Assembly (NCBI GenBank): GCA_965112735.1
Contig: OZ218955.1
Coordinates: 2,170,001-2,234,000, forward strand
Length of the DNA: 64,000 nt
Source of the DNA: Phaeosaccion multiseriatum
Taxonomy: Eukaryota; Protista; Ochrophyta, other classes
Direction: 5' to 3'
Below, piece after piece: positions 52,901-64,000 of the stretch; within the stretch, counting starts at the first letter, position 1; each line of letters begins with the position of its first letter. A program made the position numbers and the translations under genes. Below the pieces are notes generated by a model, which saw only the letters and a list, made by a program, of their open reading frames with translations, was not told the DNA's origin and made no database searches.

Positions 52901-55900
52901 TTCTTCCTCCCCCTCGCGGCCTCTCGCCCCTGCGGCTCACCGTTGCGGCCGAGACGTGAGCCCCACCTCTGCGCTGGGCTTGAGAAGTCTCCCTAGTGGC
53001 GACAGGCGCAGACAGGGCAAGATCAACAAGCAAAGGGAGGACCAGCGGGCCAACAGTGGCAGCAGCACGGGAGCGAGCGCGCAGGGAGGAGAGGCGGCGG
53101 CGCGCTACCTCAGGCAGCAGCCCTCGGCTTTCGAGCCAGACACAGGTGGCAGTGAAGAAGACGAACAACAAGGGGGAGGTGGAGGAGGGATGTCTCCATC
53201 CCCAAAAGGGGGGCCAGGGCTGGAAGAGCAAAGACTAATGTCTGCCGAGGTTTCCGCAGCCGCTGCGGCAGGGGCAGCGGCAGGGGCGGCGGCAGCAGTT
53301 GGTGATACAGCAGTAGTTGGTGATACGGCAGCAGCAACAGCAGCAGCGGCAGCGGCAGGGGCGGCGGCAGGAGCGGTAGCAGCGGCGGCCACAGCAGAAA
53401 AGCTCGGAGCTGTCGTGGAGGAGATGATGACCAAGGCCATGGCACGGACAACACAGGGAGGGAGGGGGGGGGGCAGTGGCAATCGCCGAATGGTGTACCC
53501 CATGTCCTCCCCTTCACTGTCTCCGTCTCGTTCATGCCCCCCTCCTTCTCGCTGGAGAGAAGCATCCTCGTCTCCTCACTCCTCCCCTTCCTCCTCGTCA
53601 TCGTCATCGTCGCCTTCCGTGATGCCTGTGCCGTCGTCCTCCACGGCAGAAGGCGCCCGCGGGCCCGATCAGGAGACAAAGGTGGAGGTAGAGGCTCTGG
53701 CGACCACAGCTGCGCTTGACGCCACGTTGGGGTGGCTTGACGATGCGCGACCTGACCCCAACGAGGGGAGGGAAGGAGTGGAGGGGTCGGTGGAGCCGCC
53801 CACTGCTGTGCCGCTGCAGGAGCATGCCAAAGTGGTACGACTACTCACTGAGGGGCAAAGACAATGTGCAGAGAGTTGGCTCAAGACTGCCCACACGCAG
53901 GCAGCGACCGCTCTCTACCTTGCAGACGGCATGGGAAGGGAGCGAAGGGAGGCGTTCGAGCGGCTCTTTGCACAGCAGAGCAACTTGGCAGAGGCAAACG
54001 TCGTGTCCTTCATCAGGCATGGTGAGTGAGTGAGTGAGTGAGTGAGTGAGTGAGTGAGTGAGTGAGTGAGTGAGTGAGTGAGTGAGTGAGTGAGTGAGTG
54101 AGTGAGTGAGTGAGTGAGTGAGTGAGTGAGTGAGTGAGTGAGTGAGTGAGTGAGTGAGTGAGTGAGTGAGTGAGTGAGTGAGTGAGTGAGTGCGTGAGTG
54201 TGTGAGTCAGTGTGAGTGAGTGAGAGAGTGAGTGAGTGAGTGAGTGAGTGAGTGAGTGAGTGAGTGAGTGAGTGAGTGAGTGAGTGAGTGAGTGAGTGAG
54301 TGAGTGAGTGAGTGAGTGAGTGAGTGAGTGAGTGAGTGAGTGAGTGAGTGAGTGAGTGAGTGAGTGAGTGAGTGAGTGAGTGAGTGAGTGAGTGAGTGAG
54401 TGAGTGAGTGAGTGAGTGAGTGAGTGAGTGAGTGAGTGAGTGAGTGAGTGAGTGAGTGAGTGAGTGAGTGAGTGAGTGAGTGAGTGAGTGAGTGAGTGAG
54501 TGAGGAAGCGGGCGTGAGGGAAGGAGCTCTCCGAGGCCCTGAGCAAGGCCTCTCTAGGCTTCCAGACATTTAAGAGACCGAAGAGGCTGATGAAGTCTGA
54601 TCGCGCAATTCTTGCCTTCCCCTTCTCCTCCCTCTCCCCCTTGTCCTTTGCAGCAGAGACCTCATCAGCCGCCACGCCTCCTCCTGCTGCTGCTGCTGCG
54701 CGGAAGAACAGCTTGCAGCTCATGCAAAGCCTGAAGCGGCACCAGCAGCACCAACGCCAGCAGCAGCATCAGCAGCAGCAGGAGCAGGAACAGCAGCAGG
54801 AGGAGAAGGAGAAGGAGGAGGAGGAGGAGGGGGGTGGCGATGCCCAATCCCCTCCGTCTGAGCAGACTCTCCTCGCCTCTTTGCTGACACAGGCCCTAGA
54901 GGTGACCTTCTTGCAGCTTGTCCTGGCTGGAGAGGCCACAAGAGCCACAAAAAGGTGAGTGAGTGAGTGCCTCCGGCCCACACCCTTTCCTCGCGCTCGC
55001 CCATTCGGTCATAGAGGGCTGGCGCCTATGTTTCCTCCCCTTTTGACCAATCTGTATCCTTTCCGTTAACTTGACCCCCCTCTCACCTGGCTACACCCTC
55101 CACCCGCCCCTCCCCACGCGTTCACTCGACCTTTGCTGGTGATGGTGATTGTGATCAGCAACAGTGCCCTCCGAACCGATGCAACTGCTGCAGGAGCTCT
55201 GTCGCTCAAGAGCCTGCGGCAGTGGAGCAAGGCCGCCGGAGTGGTGGGCGGTCTGCTCACCATGGCAGATGTAGACATGGCCATTTCTCTGTAAGTTTCT
55301 CATGTCATACGTCTCCCTCCTCCTCCTCCTCCTGCCACCCTTTCCCCCCCACTCTTGGCCAGCTTATGCTTCCTTTTTCTCCTTTTTTCGTTCGCCTGAG
55401 TAACCACGGAAGAAAAGGAAGGGCGGACCAGCTAGTCCTGCCTAAAAGTAAACCCCATGCCTATGCAAGCGCCCTCCAGAGAGGAGACAAAGTACTTCAT
55501 CTTTCAGTTCATTGGAGATTGGCTTACGTGCGACCTTCTCCCTTCCCCTGTGCTCTTGATGTATCTCTCTATCATAGAGCGAGTGCCGAGGGCGGGGGAG
55601 GGAAGGCGAAGGCGAAGGCGAAGGCCAAAAGGGCGGAAGAGCAAGAGGGCCCACAGGCGGGCTCCGCGAGATCTGAGTGCGTGCAGTACGGCTGCTGGGG
55701 AAGGCGCCTCTTCGGAGAGAGGGGACAGCCCCCCCTGTACTGCTCACTGCATGCGTTGGAAGGTGAGCGCTTGTAACGATCAACGATCATGCGGCATCAT
55801 GTCAGCATGAGTCCCTCAATCCCTCCCTCTCTGACTCCACCTCCCGCCCGTCTCTCCCTCGTACTTCCCTGCCCCCCCCCCCCCCCCCCCCCTCCCATAC

Positions 55901-58900
55901 ACACACACGCACACACGTTTTCTCTCTCTCTCTTTGACGATGACACGTGTATGCAGACATGGTGCCGAGTTCAGCCCCCGTGACCCCGCAGATCCACTGC
56001 AGAGTCGAGGCCCTCGCAGGAGACAGGTAAGTTAGACCTACTTTGTACGCACGCACGCACGCACGCACGCACATACACACACACAGATCAAGAGATAAAG
56101 AAGAAGACCCTTCAACACGCCTTTGCTTCTCGGCCCCTCCCCCCAGCAGGCAGCCGCACCTACACCTTCACACGCGCGCCATCAGCAGGGGTACTAGCTC
56201 CGGCGGCGGCGAGCAGGGCGGGCAGCAACAGGGGCAGCAACAGGGGCAGCAACAGGCCCCTGCTTTGAGCAGCACCTCTAATTTGTCGGGGGCCGTGGTT
56301 GGCATGTGTCAGAGTGTGGGGTGTTCTGACAGAGCCTTGTACGCCCCCCTCGGGGCATCCGAGCCGAGGTTTTGCCGCAGTCACAAGGTACGACTTCAGC
56401 TTCCGAGCGGTGACTCAATGACTGACACACCTTAGGGCCCACAGGGCATTCATTATGTTTCCCCCCCGAGATGAAGCGTGCTCTCGCTCTGTTTGCTGTA
56501 CGTGCGTGCGCGTTGTTCGACGCACACTACTCGCACTACCAGTCACACTACTCACATTACTATACTCACACCACTCGCACGACGACTCCTCATCTCTCAT
56601 CATGATCAGGCTGCCAGTCACGTGGACGTGGCAAGCGCTCGCTGCTCTCACTCGGGCTGCTCCAGGCTAAGCACCAGGGGGAGCAAAAGCTGCTCCTACC
56701 ACCACCGCAAGGTCTGTTCATTCTTCACGGACGCGCGCCCTCCACTCAAGTGAAGCAAGCGATCCAATCCTGGCCTTACCTCGATCCCCCTCTCCCGTCT
56801 CTCCTCTCTCCTCTCTCCTCTCTCCTCTCCCCTCTTGCTTCACGCACTCGAATGTTGCACAGGGCACCACAAGCGGCCTGGGACTACATACCTTCGTCTA
56901 TGTGCTACTGCAGCTCAGCGCCAAGCGATGGCTCTCCTCCAACAAGCGAGCAAGCAGTGGCAGTCTCCACAGCCTCCGCTCTCCAGGCATCAGCAGCAGC
57001 AGTAGCAGCAGTGGCACTGCCGACGCAAGCTTCGTCAGCAGCGATGTCGCAGCCCGTCGACTTTTGATGCTACTGGTGCGCTCTCAGCCGCTCAGCCTCC
57101 CCTTCCACTCTACACAGCAGCAGCAGCAGCAGCGCCAGTCTTGCTCGTCGAGTCGCGAAGGGGTATCGACAAAAAAGTCGGAAGAGGAAATAACAGGAGG
57201 CGACCCCAGCATTAGCAAATGGTCGGCGGCGATGAGTGGCCCTAGCGTGGGCACCTCCACACCTTTGTCACCTTCCCCGCCCGTCGCTAAGGAGGATATG
57301 GGGGCGGGCCCTGCAGCAAAGGTTCCTCCTCCCCCTCCTCCCGCCAGTACCCGACTTGCTGCCTCCAACGCGAGGCTTACCGCTGCGGTCCATGCCGCTC
57401 AGGTGGCACGAGAAGCGGCCCAAAGACCGAGTAGCAATGACGCCAATGACGACATTGCAGCGGGCGGGGGGGGGGGACGCACGGCGAGGACGGGACCCAA
57501 CGCAGCAGGAGGAGGAGGCGATGGGGGCAGCAGAAGGCTTCGGGGGCCCTCGGCTTTGGAGAAGAGTGTGAGAGAGTGCACGTTCGCTCGGAAGGGGCAA
57601 GACTTGACGGAGGCGGTGAGGGAGGCGAGGAGGGTCATGAGCAGGGAGAAGAAGGTGCTGAGGAGGCTGTTCGATCACTACGCAGTCACCACCAACAGAG
57701 GAGGAAGTGGTGGCGGCAGCGGCGGCGGTGGTGGTGGCAGCCGCGGATGTGGCACAGAGCACAGCACAGCCGGTCTGAGCACCAGCGTGAGCCGCAGCAG
57801 CAGTCCGCTCCATGCATCGGGCAACGCTGCCCTGTACTACCACACCACCCCGCCGGGTGTCGACACGAGCGTGCAGGTGCAGCTCCCTCTGCAGGCTTTG
57901 CAGCGCCTCAGCAACGACTTCTCCATCCTTCCAGGGTAAGGGTGTGCGTGGACGGACGGGTCCGCATGACAGGACGTGCCGCGTGCATGAGGAGACAGTG
58001 AGGAGACAGTGAGGCAGTGCAAAGCCACTGCAGTCACACCGCGTTGTCTATCTCTGACTCTCTATTTGACGTGACTCTCACTCCTGCCTCTTGTGTGTGT
58101 ACGCATGTATGTGTGTGTGCGTGTGGGTGTGCGTGTGTGTGTGTGTTCGTCCGCGTGTGTGTGCGTGTGTGTGCGCGCGCATGCGTGTTGGTGCCCCTCC
58201 TCGCAGGATGATATCTCGTGCGGGATTGGCCTCGGTGTATGAGGAGGTGCAGCGCGTCGTGCCACAGGTGGGCGGAGACTGCGGCAGAGGGGGGCTTCCC
58301 TTCGAGTACTTCCTCTCCTGCTTGGCCCTACTCTCCATCTCGGTGCCAGCTTCGGTCGGAGGAGGTGAGCGCGATGGTACCTGACGGTACACACAAGAGA
58401 AAGAGAAGGGGGTAGGTAGCACAGCACAGCACACCACAATACGGCGCAGCACAAAAAACCCCTCTTTGTCATCTCACTCTTGCCCACATCATCTTCTTGT
58501 GCTCTTTCTTTCTTCCCTTTTGTGTCTTGGCCAGCCCCCGCTCAGAGGGCCATCATGCTGCTGCAGTGGATGGATGCCTCTGGCGGGAAGCAGCGGATGA
58601 GTCGCATCGGCCGAGCCTCCCACGTGTTGCCCGCCTTCAACACTGCCATGCTGGCCTTGAGCTCGGCCTCGCACAAGAGCCCCAGTGCCGCGGGCGGAGG
58701 AAGCCTGTCCAGCAAGTGGTGAGTGGCCGACGCGAGGCGCTGCCTGCTGCCTGACTGCCTGCCGCTGACCCTGCCACCAGGTTCCTCTTGCTGAGCGTGG
58801 CTCGTACCTGACGACCCCCTCTCCCCTCTTCTCTCTCTTCTCTCCGTAGGATGGAGCAGCAGCGGTGTGAGCAAGAGCTCAGGCCCAGCGCTGATGCGCA

Positions 58901-58958
58901 GCTCACTGTCACTGCCACCGCCTCCGCCCAGCAGGGCCATGGACAGGGCGTGCGGTGA
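47514..58958 (+). CDS. Very large (roughly 2,800 aa) low-complexity/coiled-coil protein with p25alpha(TPPP)/EF-hand-like segments and three EsV-1-7-like Cys/His repeats
   Basis: About 16 exons link in frame (e.g. 47514-47659, 47768-50601, 50790-51858, 52161-52281, 52455-54021, 54654-54954, 55159-55290 ... 58850-58958). Motifs: LSLKSLRQWSKAAGVVGGLLTMADVDMAIS; CVQYGCWGRRLFGERGQPPLYCSLHALE|DMV; CQSVGCSDRALYAPLGASEPRFCRSHK|AASHVDVASARCSHSGCSR; LRRLFDHYA...LQRLSNDFSILPG|MISRAGLASVYEEV...LPFEYFLSCLALL; LLQWMDASGG. It could be two genes, and some small exons are uncertain. Confidence 0.65.
54022..54503 (+). repeat. (GTGA)n microsatellite of about 480 bp beginning exactly at a 5' splice site
   Basis: CATG|gtgagtgagtgag... 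near-perfect array. Confidence 0.97.
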
Positions 58959-59022
58959 GAGGTGGACATCGGGCACCCCTTCTGCCTCAGACTCAAGCCG
59001 TAACCGTAGAGGGAGAGTTGAA
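58767..59022 (+). repeat. Probable source copy of the inverted dispersed repeat at 16450-16694
   Basis: Reverse complement of 16450-16694. It includes the acceptor ctccgtag|, the terminal exon, the stop codon and the 3' UTR up to just before AATAAA. Confidence 0.95.
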
Positions 59023-59333
59023 AATAAATGTTATTTTTATCTTCTTTCTCGAATCCTTGCGACTCGTTTATCGTTGTCGCGTCGTATCGTATATCCCTAA
59101 TAAACCGCAAATTTAATACTTTTGACCGAGCATTTTCCTTCATCCCAAATGGCCTCTTCTCGTCCCCCGTTACCCGCACAACTTTCTATACCGACTAAGG
59201 ACATCTTGATCTTTCATTTGGTAGGAGAGATGCATGGGTCATTAGGCTATGGGTCATCTCTGACGGGATCACCTGTTTTTGGGCCTCCAAAGTTGTAGAC
59301 CCAAATAGTGGGTCTTAAATTTGGTTTAGGGAT

Positions 59334-62099
59334 ATGTCAACAAAGACATTGGCGCGGCCGGGGGGCCTCAGCACCCTGCCAAATATGGCCAAAGCTGGAA
59401 GGCTACTGCTGGCATGTGCCGTCGGTGCGTGCGTAGCAGTAGCTGCTGCTGCGGATGGTGCAGTTGCATCCATGAAGGTGCCAGCGTTGGTGCACCAGTC
59501 GTCTCCCTTCGAGGCGCAAATCGAGTTTGATAGTGGCAAGGGACTTGCCGGGAAAGCCGTGCCCTTCAAGGTGTGGGCGACATACGAGGGAGAGGAGGAG
59601 GAGCTGCTGGCGGCGGTGAAATTGGAGAGAGTGTCGGAATCTCTCCACTTTCGAGTGCAGGACCTGGTGCTGGAGCGGCGTGGCAAGGTCTCTCTGAAGG
59701 TGGTGGTGGGAGGAGATGCCGTAGCCACGGCGCAAGTGGTGTGCCTGCCTGGATGGGTCTCTCTCCTGCCCCCTCTCGTCACCCTGACGCTGTCCGTCGT
59801 ACTGAAGCAGGTGGGTGGAGGCGAGGGTAGAAGGTGCTCGCAGCCCATCCCCTCACAGTTCCGAGTCGCCGGTCTATCTCTATCTATATTGTTAGGTCAT
59901 TGTGGCTCTGCTTGCTGGCATCTTTTCGGGTGCTCTGCTGGCTTCCTACGGAAACGTCGTGACCGCTTTTCTGAGGACGTTTGACCACTACTTTGTGGAG
60001 GCCTTTGTGGTGGACGGGCACATGTCAGTGGTGCTCTTCACCTTTCTTCTGGGAGGGACCATCGGGCTGGTGCAGAAGAGCGGGGGCGCGTTGGGCCTGG
60101 CTAACGCTCTCAAGGGCCTCGTCTGCAACAAGGAGAGGGGGCAGTGGTGCACCGCGGCTCTGAGCGGCATGATCTTCTTCGACGACTACTCCTCAATCCT
60201 CATTGTTGGCAACTCTCTCAAGACCGTCATGAGTCTGGTGCATGTAAGTTTCGTTTTCGCTGCCAAGAGAAAGAAAAAACACAGACAGGCAACCCTTTCG
60301 CCGTCTTTGTCTTGCCTTTCTTGACGGTCCATCTCATGTGGCTCGCTTTGCTTCAAAGGTGGCCGTGGAAAAGTTCGCGTGGATCGTACACTCGTTGGGG
60401 GTTGTGCTGGCTTCAATGTCGCCCGTATCCTCGTGGGTTGGCCTCCAGATCGGCTACACAACAGGGGTACTGGACGCTCTTGGTGTGTGCGGACATCTGG
60501 ATGGCTTCGTACTGGTGCTCCAGTCGCTCCCATTCCGCTTCTTCCCCTTGTTCTACCTCTGCTTCATCTTGCTAGTGCTGTTCACGGGGCGAGACATTGG
60601 GCCCATGGCAGCTGCAGAGAAGCGGGCGGCAGTCGCGGCGGCAGCAGGGGAGGACATTCAGGGCCTTACTGGGGGGGCAGCAGCAGCAGCACCATCCTCC
60701 GGGAGCAGCAGCGGCATCAGCGGCAGTAGCATCGGCTCTGGCGGAGGCGCGGGCGCCCTGGACCCGAAGGCAGGCACGCCTCTGCGCTGGTACAATGCCG
60801 TGGTGCCCTTCGCGGCAGTAGTACTCGTCACGGTGGGGGGCATGGTCATTGACGGAATGGCCAAGATAGAGGCCGGTGGGAACGAGGTGAGGAGCGAGTG
60901 AGCCCTTGGCTACGTCATCGGCGGTGAGGCTTTGTACTCCTGTACTCAACAATCCTGCTGCGCTGTCCACTGTGTGTGTGCCCAGATACCCATGACGCCG
61001 GTCAACATTTTGTCCAACTGCGACAGTGTAGCGGTGCTGATTTGGGCATCGGCCGCAGGTTGGGTGTCGGCCATGGGGTTGGTTCTGGCGCAAAAGCTGC
61101 TCACGCTGGACGAGGCCATGAGCGTGTGGATGGAAGGTGCGATACACAGGCGGGGTTGCGTTATCCATTGCCCCTGTTTTGTTCAGTTGCGAATCGTCCC
61201 TGACTGCTGGACCTTTTTGTCCGCCTTCCCTTGTGTTTTTGTTTGTCCTCTGCTCACACACGACTCATGACGCAGGCATGAAGGAGGTGCTCGAACCGCA
61301 GTTCGTGTTGGTGCTCGCCTGGGGCCTCGGCCTCATCGTGGCGGACGTAGGCACGGCAGAGTTCCTGAGCGGGGGGCTCAAGACGGGTATTCCCGTGTCT
61401 CTGCTGCCGGTCATCATCTCGCTGCTGTGCTTCGTCACTTCCTACGCCTGTGGAAGCACTTTCGGTGAGGCTGCATATCAGTGGGGGGGCTGGCTGGCCG
61501 GCTGGACGGTTGGTTGAGCGTGTACGTATGCCAAAGACAGACGTTAACCTTTGAGCCTCCGCACGGCTCGTTTCTCGGCACGACTGACTCCATAGGTACA
61601 ATGGGCATCCTGTTCCCGCTGGTCGGCCCCCTAGCGTGGTCGCTGAGCGGCGGCTCTGAGGAGGTGCTGTGCCACTGCTTCGGCTGCATCCTTGGGGGGA
61701 GCATCTTCGGAAATCTGTGCTCCCCCATCAGCGACACGACCATCCTCACCTCCTCCGCCACCGGCTGCGGCCTGAGCGAGCACGTGGCCACTGTCACAGG
61801 TGAGTGAGTGTGTAAGTGTGCTCCTGCTTTTCTCGTTGCTTGTGAGCCGCCAAGTAGGGAGGAGGTGAGCCGCCAAGTAGGGAGGAGGCCACCCATCCGC
61901 CTCACATACACACCCGCAAACACATACAGGCTACACTCTCTTCATCGCGATGCTCTCTCTGCTGGGGGATTTGGCGGTGGGCGCTGGCGTGTTTGACGCG
62001 TGGACTGTGCTCTTGCTGGGGACTGTCGTCCTGTACGGTACGCTGATCTTCTTTGGGAAGTTCCCGCCAGAGAAGCTGTCAAATGCCAAGGCCATCTGA
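59334..62099 (+). CDS. NhaC-family (ion transporter superfamily) Na+/H+ antiporter-like transporter with signal peptide and N-terminal soluble domain
   Basis: PGWVSLLPPLVTLTLSVVLKQ|VIVALLAGIF, LVQKSGG, IFFDDYSSILIVG, EKFAWIVHS...SPVSSW, PFRFFP, RDIGPMAAAEKRA, SYACGSTF|GTMGILFP and GSIFGNLCSPISDTTILTSSATGC..EHVATVT|GY. Seven exons; start at ATG 59334 or 59385. Confidence 0.9.
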
Positions 62100-62613
62100 G
62101 CTGTCAAATGCTTCAATGGGGGGCGTTGTTGTCGTATCCAGTGTTTTGCGTCTACCACAGCACAGCTCTGTGCCGATGTGTGTGACGGCCGACAACAATC
62201 ACTGCCGCGCGGCAACCCCGTCATGATTGCCCCTCCCCTGCACCAGCACGGCAGGCAGGCAGGAGGTAGGCAGCAGGACCACGAGAAGCAGTCGGGCCTG
62301 GCGACGAAGCAGACGAACGTTGAGCAAAGCAGAGCAGAGAGAGTGCGGCAGGGCTGTGTCTTTCGAGGCGTCGATCAAGAGCTTCAAGGTGGAGCACCAG
62401 CCTCAGAAGCCACTGAAGCTGCTGCTGATATTGACAGGCAGCATGTGTCACTTCGCTCGTTGCCATCGTAGTCAGAACTCGCAAGGGAGGGATATATATT
62501 CAAAGAGGCATGCGAGGGTGATGGGTACGAACAAACAAGTATAGTTGCGTCCTTCCCGGGTGAGGCAAGTGGGCAGCAACAGACAGGCAGTATGAGCCAA
62601 CGTGCTCTTAACA

Positions 62614-64000
62614 TTAACAACCCAAGCCGAGAGCAGTCATGTCCATACTGAGTGTGTCGAGCGCCCATACAGCCACCCGCCCATCCATGGCCGCCGTGCT
62701 GAAGCCCCCGTCCTTGGGGGCCCCCCGGGGCTGTATGTCTGAGATCGCCTTATCGTGGTAGGTCGCCTGTCCCCCCCGTGCCCCCCCCTGGGCAGCGCCT
62801 CCCCCCCCGGACGCCTCTCCTTTGGTCGTCTTCGCCTGGAACATTGCCCTCGCGGCCGCCATCTTGCTCACCTGTACTCCACCAAACAGGGGAAGGATGA
62901 GTGGGTGAGTGAGTGAGTGAGTGAGTGAGTGAGTGAGTGAGTGAGTGAGTGAGTGAGTGAGTGAGTGAGTGAGTGAGTGAATGAGTGAGTGAGTGAGTGA
63001 GTGAGTGAGTGAGTGGGTGGGTGGGTGGGTGATGCGTGAGCCAGTGAGTCAAGTGGGTGGGTGAGTGAGTGCGTGAGTGAGCGAGTGAGCGAGTGAGCGA
63101 GTGAGCGAGTGAGTCTGTGGGTGGGTGGGTGGGTGGGTGAGTGAGTGAGTGAGTGAGTGCGGAAGGGAGTGAGTGCGGAAGGGAGTGAGTGAGTGAGTGA
63201 GTGAGTGAGGCAGTGAGTGAGTGAGTGAGTGAGTGAGTGAGCGAGGTTAGTGAGTGAGTGAGTGAGTGAGTGAGTGAGTGAGTGAGTGAGTGAGTGGGTG
63301 AGTGAGTGAGTGGGTGGGTGGGGGTGGATGGGTGGGTGAGAGAGTGCATGAGCGGGACGTGGGCTCGTCCTTCTCTTTGTCGGCACGGGAGGGATGTCTC
63401 TCTCTCCTTCTCTCTTTCTCTCTCCCTTCCCACAAGTGCTCTCTCTTCTTGCTCCCGTCAAAGTCGAGCCCCTCCCCGCTCTGCGACTCACTCGTCACTC
63501 ACCCCCTTGTCGCCAGCCCCGGCCCCTGCCTTCTTTTCGTCCGTCAGCACTTTCAGCTTTCGCCAGACCCTGTTCCCCTCGCTGCAGAGGGCTGGTGAGA
63601 ACACGATGGGGGACATGTCGTGCCCGGCGCCGACCACGGCGGTTTCGCTCAAGAAGCACACACTGTTGAAGGGCAGGCTGTTGTACGACAGACTCTGAAT
63701 CACTCTGCAGGGAGACGTGTGGTGTCGGGTGGGAGGGAGGGGGGGGTCGAGTCATTGAGAGGAAGGAGGAGAATGGAGGAGGGGTGGCACAAGGCACAGC
63801 ATACGAGTAGGACACTCGAGCACGTACCCTTGCGAGTCGGCGCCTCCACCTGCCCCGAAGGTGACAATGTTGATGGTACTGTCGTGTCCGGCGAAGGCCA
63901 GCACCTGGCCAGACGGGGACCACGCCACTGCGTTGATCCATCCCCCACATGAGAACTCTGTGTACACCTCGCCGAAGCCCAGAGGCTTTGCAAACGGAAC
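62614..64000 (-). CDS. ARPC1: Arp2/3 complex subunit 1 (ARPC1/p41-Arc, WD40), 3' part only
   Basis: GGWINAVAWSPSGQVLAFAGHDSTINI, LPFNSVCFLSETAVVGAGHDMSPIVF and AARAMFQAKT...HDKAISDIQ...FSTAAMDGRVAVW. Exons at about 64000-63828, 63707-63503 and 62871-62614. Confidence 0.93.
62897..63320. repeat. (GTGA)n, read as (CACT)n on the sense strand, in an ARPC1 intron
   Basis: Degenerate tetranucleotide array of about 420 bp. Confidence 0.95.

Noticed and set aside
54013-54723. THSL-repeat ORFs (also 29085-29870 and 62750-63491)
   Set aside because: These are translations of (CACT)n arrays in introns.
61841-61887. 23-bp tandem duplication GTGAGCCGCCAAGTAGGGAGGAG in an NhaC intron
   Set aside because: It is a simple two-copy local duplication with no further structure.

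Overview
Eukaryotic, GC-rich, intron-containing genomic DNA with abundant microsatellites. The organism is probably a flagellated stramenopile or alga; this is an inference from TEX9, EsV-1-7-like repeats, an LRR-cap remnant and a bacterial-type NhaC. Most long ORFs in the track are shadows of microsatellites, so I reconstructed the real genes by following GT-AG splice junctions by eye, and exon boundaries are approximate. In order, the window holds: a papain-family cysteine protease (-, running off the left edge), an IQ-motif protein with a novel KAxxxLG repeat (+), TEX9 (-), a 7-TM GPCR-like protein (+), the glucosyltransferase ALG10 (+), a decayed LRR gene fragment, a secreted chlorophyllase-like alpha/beta hydrolase with an intronless CDS (-), a giant VPS13-family gene of about 29 kb and 30 exons carrying 3 PDZ-like, 1 FYVE-like and 1 DysF-like insert (-), a very large low-complexity protein with p25alpha-like and EsV-1-7-like motifs (+), an NhaC-family transporter (+) and ARPC1 (-, entering from the right edge). 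Three signals are the least explained. (1) A dispersed nucleotide motif, CAGTTGGTGATACAG, occurs 13-14 times in or next to CAG/CTG tracts, on both strands, in three different protein readings and in introns. (2) A near-identical inverted copy of about 245 bp of one gene's last intron end and terminal exon sits 42 kb away behind the hydrolase, where it may form a new spliced 3' end. (3) An 80-bp element with perfect 20-bp inverted arms lies upstream of ALG10.
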